Numbered from the stretch's first letter, positions 26,707 through 37,725 are shown. The stretch: 64,000 nt of DNA from Deltaproteobacteria bacterium (GCA_030694465.1 JAUXYJ010000018.1:6355-70354); one strand, 5' to 3'. The notes: a model not told the origin generated them from the letters alone. A program made the numbers and translations.

Positions 26707-27618
26707 GTGAAGGAAAGTGGCACACCCATGTCCTTCGGATTCTTGGCACCTCTCACACTCGCAGCGATGGCGCTGGTCGCGACGCTTTCGGGCGTTCCGC
26801 CGCAGCCGGTGTTTCAGTCAACCATCCGGATTGTGGACGTTCGAGGCGCAGCGTCGCTCGTCGCCCGAGGCGCGAGCGTTTTGGACGGACGTGAGTCCAG
26901 CGCGTACGTGTCGGGTCACCTCCCGGGCGCACAGCTCTACGCGTGGAGCCTCTTTACCCAAGCGGGCAGCCGCCGCGGAGTGCTGCGCCCAGACATGGAC
27001 GCCCTCGCCAGCCGCTTTGCCAGCCTCGGGGTGGACCAAGACCGCCCCACCCTGGTCTATGGGGCCTCAAGCGCGGGGCAGGGCGAAGAAGGCCACGCTG
27101 CGTGGCTCCTGGCGCTCCTGGGTCACGCCGACATCGCGATGCTCGATGGCGGAATCGATGCGTGGCGCGCGGCTGGACGCCCCGTCGTGACCGGCACAAC
27201 CGGCGCTCGCGCAGGGCGCTTCGTCGCCAACGTGAGGCCCGGCCTTAGGGTCGAGCAGGCCGAGCTCGCCCAGCGCACGACGCAGGTGCTGGATGTGCGC
27301 ACAGCTGCAGAATTTGCGGGGAGCACTCCCTGGGGAGAGTCCTGCGGTGGGCATCTGCCTTCAGCCCGACTGATGGACTGGCGCGAGCTCTTGGACGAAC
27401 GCGGTCGCTTCAAGCCCGCTAGCCAAATGCGCGCGAGCCTTGAGCGCGCAGGCGTCGACCCCGCTGCGCCCCTCGTAGCGCTCTGCTCGGTGGGCGTCCG
27501 GAGCGCGTTTGTGTGCGCCGCGCTCGCCGCCCGAGGGGTCAGCCTCGTGGCCAACTACGACGGCTCCATGGTCGAGTGGAGCGCCACCGAGGGCGCCCCC
27601 ATCACGCGGACGAGCTAA
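26707..27618 (+). CDS. tandem-rhodanese sulfurtransferase (thiosulfate/3-mercaptopyruvate type) with a signal peptide
   Basis: Two rhodanese halves with active-site loop CSVGVRS. GTG start. Confidence 0.8.
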   Translation: MKESGTPMSFGFLAPLTLAAMALVATLSGVPPQPVFQSTIRIVDVRGAASLVARGASVLDGRESSAYVSGHLPGAQLYAWSLFTQAGSRRGVLRPDMDALASRFASLGVDQDRPTLVYGASSAGQGEEGHAAWLLALLGHADIAMLDGGIDAWRAAGRPVVTGTTGARAGRFVANVRPGLRVEQAELAQRTTQVLDVRTAAEFAGSTPWGESCGGHLPSARLMDWRELLDERGRFKPASQMRASLERAGVDPAAPLVALCSVGVRSAFVCAALAARGVSLVANYDGSMVEWSATEGAPITRTS

Positions 27619-27715
27619 CGCTGACGATCGTCAGTCAACGCTGGGCAGCCGACGAACCGCCTGCACGCAAACGGACTTCTAGCTCGTTTGCTCCAGAGTG
27701 CGCTAAAACCTCCCG

Positions 27716-29392
27716 GTGCTTCGATGTCCCTTGTGTGCCACCGCGCTCGATCCCGGCGTCACACGTTGCCCACGCGATGGCGTCGCCATTGGTTCTACCG
27801 AGGACCCCCTTGTTGGCGTCGTGCTTGCGAACCGCTACCGCATCCTCGCGCGCCTCGCGCGTGGCGGGATGGCCACAGTCTACCTCGCGACGCACATCCT
27901 GATCGGGCGACACGCGGCGATTAAAATCCTGCGATCCGATCTGTGCCGCGATCCGGTACAGCGCGACCGGTTCTTACGCGAAGCCCGCGCGGTCAACCGC
28001 ATTGACCACGAGAACATTGTCCAGATCGTCGACTACGGAGAAAGCGACGACGGCAGGATCTTCTTGGTCATGGAGTACCTTCCCGGCGAGTCACTCCACC
28101 ACCGCATCTCGCGCGGTGTGCTGCCCCCCTTGCGCGCGCTCGACATCGCATCGCAGATCTCGTCGGGCCTCGGCCGCGCCCACCAAATGGGGGTGATCCA
28201 TCGCGACCTCAAGCCCGACAACGTCTTGCTCTTGCCGCCCGCCGCCGCGGGTGGACGGGACCGCGTAAAGCTCTTGGACTTTGGCATCGCGAAGCTGCTG
28301 GACCAGCCCTCGCTCACCGCGTCGGACAAGATCTTTGGCACGCCGGGTTACATCGCGCCCGAGTATGCGTCGGGTGCCCCGCTCGATCACCGCGCGGACC
28401 TGTACTCGTTGGGCGTGGTGCTGTTTGAAATGCTCACGGGCGAGCTGCCCTTTGAGGCCGAGTTTCCAGCGGATTTGCTGCTCAAGCACATGCTCGACCC
28501 GCCCCGCTCCCCACGGTCGCTGCGCGCAGACATCCCGCTGGCGGTCGAGCTCTTGGTGCTGCGGTTGCTCGTCAAAAAAGCTGACGAGCGGTTTCGCGAT
28601 GCGTTTCACCTCATCGAAGAGATCGACCGCGTAAGCGCGATGGTCAGCGGCCCAGCACCTGAGATCACGTTGGTGGCTCAGTCGCTCCCGTCGATGGTGC
28701 CCGAGCCCGTCATGCCCACGGCGAGCTCGCCCCTGGACGCCGTGGGCTCGTTTGGTCTCGCGCCTCCCGACGAGACGCTGGGCTCGGGGATCCAAGGGGC
28801 GCGTGTCTGGGGGCGCTACCTCGATGCGTTGCGCGGCGCGGTCCAAGAGCGGTTTCGAGGCGCGCCTCCCCAGGCCCTCGTGGCACACATCGCCGCGATG
28901 GACGAGGTCGTTGGGCGGCTCCGGCTCCGCGTCGAGCTCTTGGACGAACACAAGCGAGACATTCTGGAGGTCGAGTCCCGAGGCCGAGACTTTCGGCGCA
29001 CCATGGGCCGCGCCATGGATACGCTCTCGAAAGACGGCTATGCCCTCGCGGCAGAGCGCGATGTGATCGCTCATGAGCGCGAATCCCTGGTGACCGCTCG
29101 AACCCACGCGATGGAGCGGGCCCAGAAGGGCGAGGCCCACGCGGTGGGCATCGCGGACGCGCTCTTGTGGCGGATTGCGGCCAGCGACGAGATGCTCCGC
29201 GACGCTGTGGGCCGCTGCGAAGACGTCGAGTTTCAGCTGCGTGAGCTAGAGACCCAGCTCCGTCGGCTCAATGACACCCATCAGCAAGAGCACGACGCGC
29301 TGTTGGCGGCGATGCAAGACGCGCTCATGGAGTGCGCCGAGGACGACCAAATTCTGCGCTCACAGCTCACCGCGCTGCGCGACGCTGGTTGA
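27716..29392 (+). CDS. Ser/Thr protein kinase with an N-terminal Cys4 zinc-ribbon-like motif and a C-terminal coiled coil
   Basis: CPLC...RCPRDG, then [18 protein letters not shown] and GTPGYIAPE. Confidence 0.9.
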   Translation: MLRCPLCATALDPGVTRCPRDGVAIGSTEDPLVGVVLANRYRILARLARGGMATVYLATHILIGRHAAIKILRSDLCRDPVQRDRFLREARAVNRIDHENIVQIVDYGESDDGRIFLVMEYLPGESLHHRISRGVLPPLRALDIASQISSGLGRAHQMGVIHRDLKPDNVLLLPPAAAGGRDRVKLLDFGIAKLLDQPSLTASDKIFGTPGYIAPEYASGAPLDHRADLYSLGVVLFEMLTGELPFEAEFPADLLLKHMLDPPRSPRSLRADIPLAVELLVLRLLVKKADERFRDAFHLIEEIDRVSAMVSGPAPEITLVAQSLPSMVPEPVMPTASSPLDAVGSFGLAPPDETLGSGIQGARVWGRYLDALRGAVQERFRGAPPQALVAHIAAMDEVVGRLRLRVELLDEHKRDILEVESRGRDFRRTMGRAMDTLSKDGYALAAERDVIAHERESLVTARTHAMERAQKGEAHAVGIADALLWRIAASDEMLRDAVGRCEDVEFQLRELETQLRRLNDTHQQEHDALLAAMQDALMECAEDDQILRSQLTALRDAG

Positions 29393-29425
29393 ATCTCGCC
29401 CACGTCGAGGTGTAGCCTGCGCGCC

Positions 29426-30349
29426 GTGAAGCCCAAGCGTTCGATGCTTGCCGTACTCGCTGTTGCCTCGTGTGCGACCGCGCTCGCGCAGTCGCCCCTC
29501 GCGATCGCGCAGCGCAACCCACAGACAAGACCGCAGGTTGCTCCCGAAGACCCGCGGATTGCCGAGGCACGGCGAGCCTACGACGAAGGCCGTAGACTCT
29601 ATGACGCGCGCTCGTACGCCGACGCGCTCACGCGCTTTGAGCGAGCCTACGAGCTGCAGAGCCACGCGGATGTGCTCATCCCCATCGCGAATTGTCACGA
29701 AGCCTTGCAGGGCTACCGCGACGCGGTCGGTGCGCTTGAGCGCTATCTTCGGGACAGCCCCCCGACCGCGAGCGAGCGCGCCGCGGTCGAGGCTCGCTTG
29801 CCCGCCCTCCGGGCTCGGATCGCTGCGGCGCCCACGCCTGCGGCTGCGGTGCCCGTCGCTCCGACGACACAAGCTCCCGACAGTCCGCCGGCTACGACCG
29901 ATGCCGCCAGCGCTGCCACAACGCCCGTGGCGGAGCAGCCCGCGAACGCAGACGCAGACGGAGCCGCGACCTCCCCTGTGATGGAACCGTCGCTTCCCCC
30001 ACCACGGGCTACGAGTCCCGTGGTGTGGGTCTGTGCCGGACTCGCTGGGGCGGGGGTGGCTGCGGGCTCGGTCTTGGGCTTTCTGGCGTTGGGTGAGCAC
30101 GCGACGTTCAACACGGCGCCGTCGCGCGAAGTAAAAGATCGCGGCGAGACCTTTGCGCTCTTGGCGGATTTGTCTTTTGCCACTGCAGTGCTCTCGGGCT
30201 TTGTAGGCACGGTGGTCTTTTTGTCCGACCGGGCCGAGGACAACCGCGAGACCGCCCTCGCGGCCAGCCCGGGACGCCGCCGCTTCGCTTCGCGCGCGCT
30301 CCGTCCACGATGGATCGTCACGCCCACGGGCGTAGCCGGAACCTGGTAG
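29426..30349 (+). CDS. TPR-like secreted/membrane-anchored protein
   Basis: Signal peptide, one TPR-like block (YDEGRRLYDARSYADALTRFERAYEL), a Pro/Ala/Thr linker and a C-terminal TM segment. Confidence 0.55.
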   Translation: MKPKRSMLAVLAVASCATALAQSPLAIAQRNPQTRPQVAPEDPRIAEARRAYDEGRRLYDARSYADALTRFERAYELQSHADVLIPIANCHEALQGYRDAVGALERYLRDSPPTASERAAVEARLPALRARIAAAPTPAAAVPVAPTTQAPDSPPATTDAASAATTPVAEQPANADADGAATSPVMEPSLPPPRATSPVVWVCAGLAGAGVAAGSVLGFLALGEHATFNTAPSREVKDRGETFALLADLSFATAVLSGFVGTVVFLSDRAEDNRETALAASPGRRRFASRALRPRWIVTPTGVAGTW

Positions 30350-30372
30350 CGCCTCAAACGGACGTTGCTCCC

Positions 30373-30852
30373 ATGAGATCAAAGACCCACGCGGTGCGTG
30401 CGAAAGATGTGAGTGCTGTGAGTGTGAGGGCGATCATTCGGTCTGGTTTTTTGCTTGGATTATTGGCCTGCCTCAGCGGCTGTGAGCTCATCGTGCGCTT
30501 TGATGAATCGCGCCTGTTGGATGTCCCCGCGGTCGACAGCGCTCGCAGCGAAGCGGGGGGTGACGCCATGCGCGACGACGACGCTCAGGTCGATGCAGGC
30601 GATGGCGACGCGACCAGCGACGCGAGCGACGCGAGCGACGCGACCAGCGACGCGAGCGACGCGAGCGACGCGAGCGATGCCAGCGATGTGCGCGACGCCA
30701 GTGATGCCAGTGATGTGCGCGACGCCAATGACGCCAACGACGCGAGCGATGTGCGTGACGCAAGTGACGCAGCAGCGCTGAGTGACGCGAGCGATGTCAC
30801 CGAGGCTTCGGTGGATGCGAGCGTCGGTGTCGATGTCACGATGGATCTCTGA
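30373..30852 (+). CDS. acidic lipoprotein with a (D-A/V-S/R/N) tripeptide repeat tract
   Basis: Lipobox LSGC. About 20 in-frame 9-nt repeats. Start placed at MRSKTH, since the track start at 30310 overlaps the upstream gene. Confidence 0.55.
   Translation: MRSKTHAVRAKDVSAVSVRAIIRSGFLLGLLACLSGCELIVRFDESRLLDVPAVDSARSEAGGDAMRDDDAQVDAGDGDATSDASDASDATSDASDASDASDASDVRDASDASDVRDANDANDASDVRDASDAAALSDASDVTEASVDASVGVDVTMDL
30607..30801 (+). repeat. about 20 tandem copies of a 9-nt unit (GACGCGAGC and variants)
   Basis: Read directly: GAC GCG (ACC) AGC / GAT GCC AGC / GAT GTG CGC / GAC GCC AAT and so on, all in frame. Confidence 0.85.
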
Positions 30853-30870
30853 GAGATCCAACATTTTTGA

Positions 30871-32202
<1,332 letters not shown>

Positions 32203-32270
32203 GCGAACCGCCCACGGACGCAGCCACCGAGCGCGCCCCGAGCCCAACAGGCCCAACAAGCTCTCCTCGC

Positions 32271-33200
32271 GTGATCTTGCTCTTGCTCGGTGTGCAGCTC
32301 GCGTTTGCGTCCTGGTCCATCGTGGGCAAGGTCACCCTCGGCGTGGTCCCGCCGTTTGCGCTCACCTGGCTGCGTTTGCTCGGTGGCGCGCTCTTCTTTG
32401 GTCTCTTCGCCCTCAAGACGGGCCGCCCGCTGCTGCCCCCGCGCCAAGAGCGCCGCGAGATCGTTGGGCTCTCGCTCTCGGGGCTCGTGATCAATCAGCT
32501 GTGTTTCACCGTGGGACTCGCGCGAACCAGCGCTGTTGAGACCACCCTGCTCGTGGCCACCATCCCGGTGTTCGCCGTGCTCTACGCGGTGCTCTCGGGG
32601 CGCGACCGCGTCTCGTTGCGCCTGGTCCTGGGGATCGGGTGCGCCTTGGCCGGGGTCTCTCTTGTCGCCCTCCGTCACGGCCCCACGACAGCCAGCGCCC
32701 ACACGAGCCATCTCCTCGGAAACATTCTGATTTTGGCCAACAGCGCCTCCTACGCGGTCTACCTCGTCCGCGCCCGCCCGGTGTTCGCACGCCACGGTGC
32801 GTTTACCGTGCTGTCCTGGATTTTTACCGTGGCTGCGCTCTGTGTCGCGCCGCTGGGCTTGCTGTCTCTGTGCTCGGCGGGGTCTCACTTCGGCGCGCGG
32901 ATCTGGTGCGCCATCGCGTACGTCGTGCTCGTCCCAACGCTCTTTGCATACGGCGCCAACGCGTGGGCCCTCGCGCGGGCGTCGAGCACCTTGGTCGCTG
33001 CGTTTATCTATCTGCAGCCAGGGATCGCGGTGATCTTGGCCGTCTCGCTCGGTGACAAGCTCGCGCTCTGGCTTGGCGTGACCCCTCCGCACGAGCGCTT
33101 TACCCTGCGAACGCTCTTGGGCCTGGTCGCGATCTTGTTGGGCGTCGCGATCACAACCCGTCGCTCGCCAGCGAGCAACGCGCGGACTGTAGGCAAATGA
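32271..33200 (+). CDS. EamA/DMT family transporter
   Basis: Ten hydrophobic segments in two EamA-like halves. GTG start. Confidence 0.8.
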   Translation: MILLLLGVQLAFASWSIVGKVTLGVVPPFALTWLRLLGGALFFGLFALKTGRPLLPPRQERREIVGLSLSGLVINQLCFTVGLARTSAVETTLLVATIPVFAVLYAVLSGRDRVSLRLVLGIGCALAGVSLVALRHGPTTASAHTSHLLGNILILANSASYAVYLVRARPVFARHGAFTVLSWIFTVAALCVAPLGLLSLCSAGSHFGARIWCAIAYVVLVPTLFAYGANAWALARASSTLVAAFIYLQPGIAVILAVSLGDKLALWLGVTPPHERFTLRTLLGLVAILLGVAITTRRSPASNARTVGK

Positions 33201-33499
33201 CCGCATCGATTTGCACGATGTGACAGTCTCGCTACTGATTTGCTCGAGGGTGCGGTATGGATAAGCGGATGACGCTGGTCGCGTCCGACGCTGCTTTCCT
33301 TGATCGCTGCACACAACGCGATGCTCGTGCTGTCGTGTGGCGAGGTGGGAATGTGACCCCTCAGACCAGCGTTCTGAATCGGCCGCTTCGGCCGGTAATT
33401 GGCCTGTGGGGCAAGAACACCGAGGCGAGAGCCTTCGGTGAGATTGCCGCATGGGCCTTCAAAAGCGAGCCAAGACTCGCATCGAATGGGAGAGACAAC

Positions 33500-33862
33500 A
33501 TGGGAGTTGCCATCACCTTCCGTCACATGGACTCAAGCGACGCCATCAAGACCTACGCCAACGAGAAGGTCGAGCGTCTGCAAAAGTTCTTGCGTGCACC
33601 TCTGGATGCACACGTGACGCTGTTTTCTGAGCGACATGATTTTATCGCAGAGATTCACTTGTCGTCCGGGGGTCGCCAGTACCACGCGCGCCATGACAGC
33701 GACGACATGTACAAGTCCATTGATCTTGTGACCGACAAGATCCAACAACAGATCTCAAAGAGCCACGACGCCGCCGCGCGCAACGCCAAGGGAGGCGACA
33801 GCGCCGCCGAGCTCGCGCTACGCATGGCTGCCGAGGCCGAGCTCGCTGCCAAAGAGTCCTAG
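33500..33862 (+). CDS. hpf: ribosome hibernation promoting factor (sigma-54 modulation protein family, short form)
   Basis: Internal ATG at 33500 preceded by GGGAGAG. The sequence I.FRH...S.AIK.YA.EKV.RL.KF......HV.L fits HPF/RaiA. The 81-aa upstream extension in the track is not credible. Confidence 0.85.
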   Translation: MGVAITFRHMDSSDAIKTYANEKVERLQKFLRAPLDAHVTLFSERHDFIAEIHLSSGGRQYHARHDSDDMYKSIDLVTDKIQQQISKSHDAAARNAKGGDSAAELALRMAAEAELAAKES

Positions 33863-34007
33863 TCGCCCAAACGCGGACCGCTGAGGGACGGGCGTCGGGT
33901 GGGATCGACTGAGCAAACGAATCCGCAGAGACGCACGCTTCCGCGGTCGATTGTGCGCGGTCGGATCTTTACATTCGAGTGCGCGAGGCGGTATCTGCCC
34001 GGCCGCG

Positions 34008-34475
34008 ATGCGCTTGATGGATCTCGTTGCAGAAGAGCGAATCGAGCCCTCTCTCCGCGCCGCGGATAAGCGCTCGGTGCTCCACTCGCTCGCCACCCTC
34101 TTGGCAGCGGGGAGTGAGTCTCTCCAGCCTGACGAGATCGCGCGGGTCCTCGCCGAGCGAGAGGCTCTTGCGAGCACGGGCGTGGGGGACGAGGTCGCGA
34201 TCCCACACGGCCGCATCGCGGGGCTTGACCACGTCATCGCGGCGCTCGCGATCAGCGATCAGGGCGTGGACTTCGACGCGATTGATCGCAAACCCGTGCG
34301 GATTTTCGTGGCGATTTTGGCTCCCGAGAAGAGCACCACCGATCACCTGCGGGCCCTCGCGCGCGTCTCACGGTTGTTACGCGATGCGCAGCTCCGTGAG
34401 CAGCTCTTGGTCGCCAAGGACCGCAAGAAAATCCTGGCGATCCTAGAAAACGACGCGCACTCGAGCGGAAGCTAA
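34008..34475 (+). CDS. ptsN: PTS EIIA-Ntr nitrogen regulatory protein
   Basis: EIIA(Fru/Ntr) fold pattern with the phospho-His site VAIPHGR. Confidence 0.85.
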   Translation: MRLMDLVAEERIEPSLRAADKRSVLHSLATLLAAGSESLQPDEIARVLAEREALASTGVGDEVAIPHGRIAGLDHVIAALAISDQGVDFDAIDRKPVRIFVAILAPEKSTTDHLRALARVSRLLRDAQLREQLLVAKDRKKILAILENDAHSSGS

Positions 34476-34532
34476 CGATCGCGTCTGGGGGCTTGTAGCG
34501 CGCAGGTGTGATCCAGTGCTTTAATCCCTCCC

Positions 34533-35795
34533 ATGCGATGTGTTGGTTGGGCCATGCGCGTGGGTGTGGGGTTGTTGTCGACAGGGTGTGTCGTCGGGCG
34601 GGCGCAAGCACTGGATGCAACCGTGGTCACCGCGAGCGCCGAGGCGCGGGTGGTCATGACGCACCAAGGGCAGACCGTCGAAGCGCGCGTGCGCGCTGCG
34701 TGCGCGCAGGGGCACGCGGTGGCCGAGAGCGACGTGATCGCGCTCTTGGCGCCGCATGGACAGTGGCGCACCGTCGAGAGCCTCGGCAGCGTCTGGGTGC
34801 CAGAGGTTCAGCAGCGCGAGAATTTTGCACCCTATGTCACCCATGGGCAGTGGCAGCCTGAGCCCACAGGGGTGACCTGGGCGAGCACGTTGCCCGGGGG
34901 CTTTATGACCTTTGCCTATGGCCGCTGGGTCTCGCTAGGAGGCGAGTGGGCGTGGGTGCCGATGAGCCTAGCGCCCGCTGGGGTCCAGTGGCGGCATTCG
35001 GGCGCGTGGGTGGGCTGGTCGGCCGGCGGAACCGGTTGGATTTTTGCCCCCACCGCGTGGCTCTTTGCCCCGGACTTGTCACGCCGGGTAGCGCCCGCCG
35101 AAGAGCGTCCTGCGTTGTTGGCAGCCAGCGTGGCGCTCGATGATCCTTGGCGTGTGGGCTCTCCGGGCGGCGCAGGGGACCTTGGCGCGCGACGGTCGCC
35201 TCGTGGCCCCGCGCCCTATCCCGGCGAGACACGCTCGGACGAGGGCCAAGAGCGCGAGCCTGCCCGAGAGGGCGCGCGCCCGCTGGCCACGGTGGTCATC
35301 CGCGATGACCAAGCGCTGGCCCAATGGCAGTCATGGGTCGACGAAGCGCCTCACGCACAGCCCCCTGTGAGCAGCTCCTTGGTCGCAGCCCCCGCCCCCA
35401 GCGCATACAACCTCGCACGCGCTCCCAGTGCGCCCAACGCAGCGCCCACGAGCGCGTCTTCGATGTGGGGAGACCAAGAGCGCGCACGGGCCCCGCAGGT
35501 CGCGCGGATGGGCGCGTATTGGCAGCCCCAAGGAGCGCTGGCCAACACAGCCATGCCGACAACGAGCGCAAATCTTTCACGAAACGCTGGCCCGCAGCAG
35601 GGGTTTGCCCTCCCGGCGACAGTGACCCCCTCGGGGCGCGGAGGCATTCAGTACGGCACAGGCGTGGGCGTCACGGGGCCTGTAGTCGTCCGCCCTCCGG
35701 CAGCGCAGACGGTGGCGCCGAGCGCTCCGGCGGTGCGTGTGCTTGCCCCTTCGAGTGTCAGCGCGAGCCCCGAGGCGCTGCGAAGCGTGCGTTAG
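34533..35795 (+). CDS. hypothetical secreted Trp- and Pro/Ala-rich protein
   Basis: Signal peptide. Trp-rich block (YGRWVSLGGEWAWVP, GWSAGGTGWIFAP). Long low-complexity tail. Confidence 0.55.
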   Translation: MRCVGWAMRVGVGLLSTGCVVGRAQALDATVVTASAEARVVMTHQGQTVEARVRAACAQGHAVAESDVIALLAPHGQWRTVESLGSVWVPEVQQRENFAPYVTHGQWQPEPTGVTWASTLPGGFMTFAYGRWVSLGGEWAWVPMSLAPAGVQWRHSGAWVGWSAGGTGWIFAPTAWLFAPDLSRRVAPAEERPALLAASVALDDPWRVGSPGGAGDLGARRSPRGPAPYPGETRSDEGQEREPAREGARPLATVVIRDDQALAQWQSWVDEAPHAQPPVSSSLVAAPAPSAYNLARAPSAPNAAPTSASSMWGDQERARAPQVARMGAYWQPQGALANTAMPTTSANLSRNAGPQQGFALPATVTPSGRGGIQYGTGVGVTGPVVVRPPAAQTVAPSAPAVRVLAPSSVSASPEALRSVR

Positions 35796-35798
35796 CGC

Positions 35799-36581
35799 TC
35801 AGTGACGCTCGTTGTCGCGGCGGACGACAAACGTCGGCAGTCGCTCGCGGCTCTCAAAGCTCTGCCGGTAGTTGGACACATCTCGCAGAGAGGCAAACGG
35901 CCCGATCCGTACGCGGTGCCAGGTCCCCGTGGTCGTCGTGGTGGTGCCCGAAGCGACAAACGCACGGTGGCCTCGCTCGCGCAGACGCTGAGCGAACTGT
36001 TGCGCCCCGCCGAGCGCTCGAAACGAGCTGACCTGGAGGGTGTAGTTTCCGTCTTGGCCTTCGCTGGCGGGGGGACCCACGTGCGAATTGACTGGGTTAA
36101 GCCGCACGCTCGCGATGCCATCGGCGATGGGAGCGCGCTGGCCCAAGGGGGCCACGGGAGGGGCCGTTGTGACTCGCAGCGGCGCAGGCGCTGCCACACT
36201 GGGGCTCGCCGCGGAGAGGGTGGTTGGCGTAGGCGCCGACGTGGGGCTCGCGGTGAGCGTTGAAGTGCCAGCCCCTTCGCGCGCTTCGGTCAGGTTCAGA
36301 GGCGAGGCCGCGGGCGTGGGCTGGATCGCGGAGGGATAGGTGACCTGGGGCGAGGGTGCGCGGGCGCTCTGGGCGGCGAGGGCGTCGAGCCGCGCGAGCG
36401 GGTCTTCACGCTGCGTCGCGCGGGTGCTGTCTTGGTCTCGCCCGATGAGCAGCCCGGCGGCAAACAAGACGCACGCGGCGGCGAGGCCTCCGACGGCCAA
36501 CACGACGGTGCGTGCGGGGTCTCTTCCGTCCTCGTGCTCGCGGATCTGGTCAAGGTCGCGCATTGTGCTGGGGGTATCCAT
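35799..36581 (-). CDS. SPOR domain-containing membrane protein
   Basis: TM segment, Pro/Ala/Thr linker and a C-terminal SPOR pattern (YTLQVSSFR....A..FA.RL...G..A.......WHRVRIGPF). Start placed at MDTPST. Confidence 0.75.
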   Translation of the reverse strand: MDTPSTMRDLDQIREHEDGRDPARTVVLAVGGLAAACVLFAAGLLIGRDQDSTRATQREDPLARLDALAAQSARAPSPQVTYPSAIQPTPAASPLNLTEAREGAGTSTLTASPTSAPTPTTLSAASPSVAAPAPLRVTTAPPVAPLGQRAPIADGIASVRLNPVNSHVGPPASEGQDGNYTLQVSSFRALGGAQQFAQRLRERGHRAFVASGTTTTTTGTWHRVRIGPFASLRDVSNYRQSFESRERLPTFVVRRDNERH

Positions 36582-36747
36582 GGCGTGTGCTCTCTGCTTC
36601 TGCGCGGCGAGGGCAAGGGGCAAGGCAGGACCACGAGTCCTGGGGCACCGACTGCTGCGCTCCAGAGCACCTACACCGAGGCTCGGAGAGGGCGACAGTT
36701 TTTGACTGCTTTTACCCCCCTGCAGTCCCCTGCGCCCCCGGTGCTCT

Positions 36748-37239
36748 TTATCGCGGCGGAACGCGCAGCGTCACCCAGTCGCTGACCGCGTAGTTTCCCT
36801 GCGAATCCGGGATGAGCTGGCGGATGATAAAGCTGTCTCCCCGCTGCGAGATGGTCACCGTGCCCCCCGCGACATCACGGATGGGCCCGAGGCGCGCGTA
36901 GAAGCTCCCACGTGACAGCACGCCTCCGTCCCCCACCGAGGCGTCACTCACGCCGGCCTCGGTCTCGCTCCGCCGCGCAAACGTAGACACCGCATAGCTC
37001 CCCCCGCTGGGCAGCGTGCGCGTGGTGTTCTCGATGAGCACTAGCGCGCCGGGGACCGCAAAGCCCTCGAAGTCCACGATCACGCCATCCGCTGGGCACT
37101 GGTCCGTGGGTGCACAGTCTGTGAGCCCCTGGACTGACGCCATCGGCGGCGGGATGGGCACCGGGCGATAGAGGCAGCTCGATGACACGAGCGCCGCCAC
37201 GGCGAGGAGCGCGAGCTTGGGTCTTGCGGCGTGAGTCAT
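36748..37239 (-). CDS. hypothetical lipoprotein
   Basis: Signal peptide ending in Cys (LVSSSC). No family recognised. Confidence 0.55.
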   Translation of the reverse strand: MTHAARPKLALLAVAALVSSSCLYRPVPIPPPMASVQGLTDCAPTDQCPADGVIVDFEGFAVPGALVLIENTTRTLPSGGSYAVSTFARRSETEAGVSDASVGDGGVLSRGSFYARLGPIRDVAGGTVTISQRGDSFIIRQLIPDSQGNYAVSDWVTLRVPPR

Positions 37240-37338
37240 GCGAGCTGCGTTCTGGGCGCCTGAGTCACGCGAGATGCGTTCGGAGCCCTACCGGTGCGCA
37301 GCATGACATGTGCCGTCGGCGAGCGCCGTCCCTCGTAG

Positions 37339-37408
37339 CTAAGTTAGTAGTTTAACAAACATGTGCTAGAGGCCTTCGATCTAAGATAAATCGCAGGGAT
37401 TTATGTGC
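37339..37408. promoter_or_regulatory. AT-rich patch with a bipartite direct repeat (CTAAGnTA-N15-ATGTGC, twice, 42-bp period)
   Basis: Read directly at 37339-37366 and 37381-37408. It lies in the 486-bp intergenic region between the divergent lipoprotein gene and gyrA. Function unknown. Confidence 0.25.
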
Positions 37409-37725
37409 CGAATGGCTCGCGTAAGTGTGGGTCCGTCCCCTGGGCTTGGGCACCGACAGGGTGTCCGTGGCGCCAACGCGAGTTACGTCGAGCGCCAACT
37501 CGAGGTGACAGTCGCCCCATGCCCCAACGAGACCCTTTGAGGAGCCAGGGTTGACCCCTCGAAGCGCGCGTGCGCGATCATTATTATGCGAGGGTACTTT
37601 GGAGGGGGGTGTGCTAGGGTCTGGCCCTGGTTTTTGCCGCGCGAGACGCGCTTCAAGGCGAGCGCGTGTTGTGTCTTTCTGGCGCAACGGGCTCGCGGCA
37701 TGCGAACGCAGACGGATCCATCTTC

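Noticed and set aside
28091-29140. 349-aa minus-strand ORF
   Set aside because: It is antisense to the Ser/Thr kinase gene, which has all the Hanks motifs.
29360-30382. 340-aa minus-strand ORF
   Set aside because: It is antisense to the TPR-like membrane-protein gene and extremely Arg/Gly-rich.
30607-30801. Possible CRISPR or other non-coding repeat array
   Set aside because: The unit is only 9 nt, there are no spacers, and the tract is in frame within a lipoprotein ORF. It is a coding tandem repeat.
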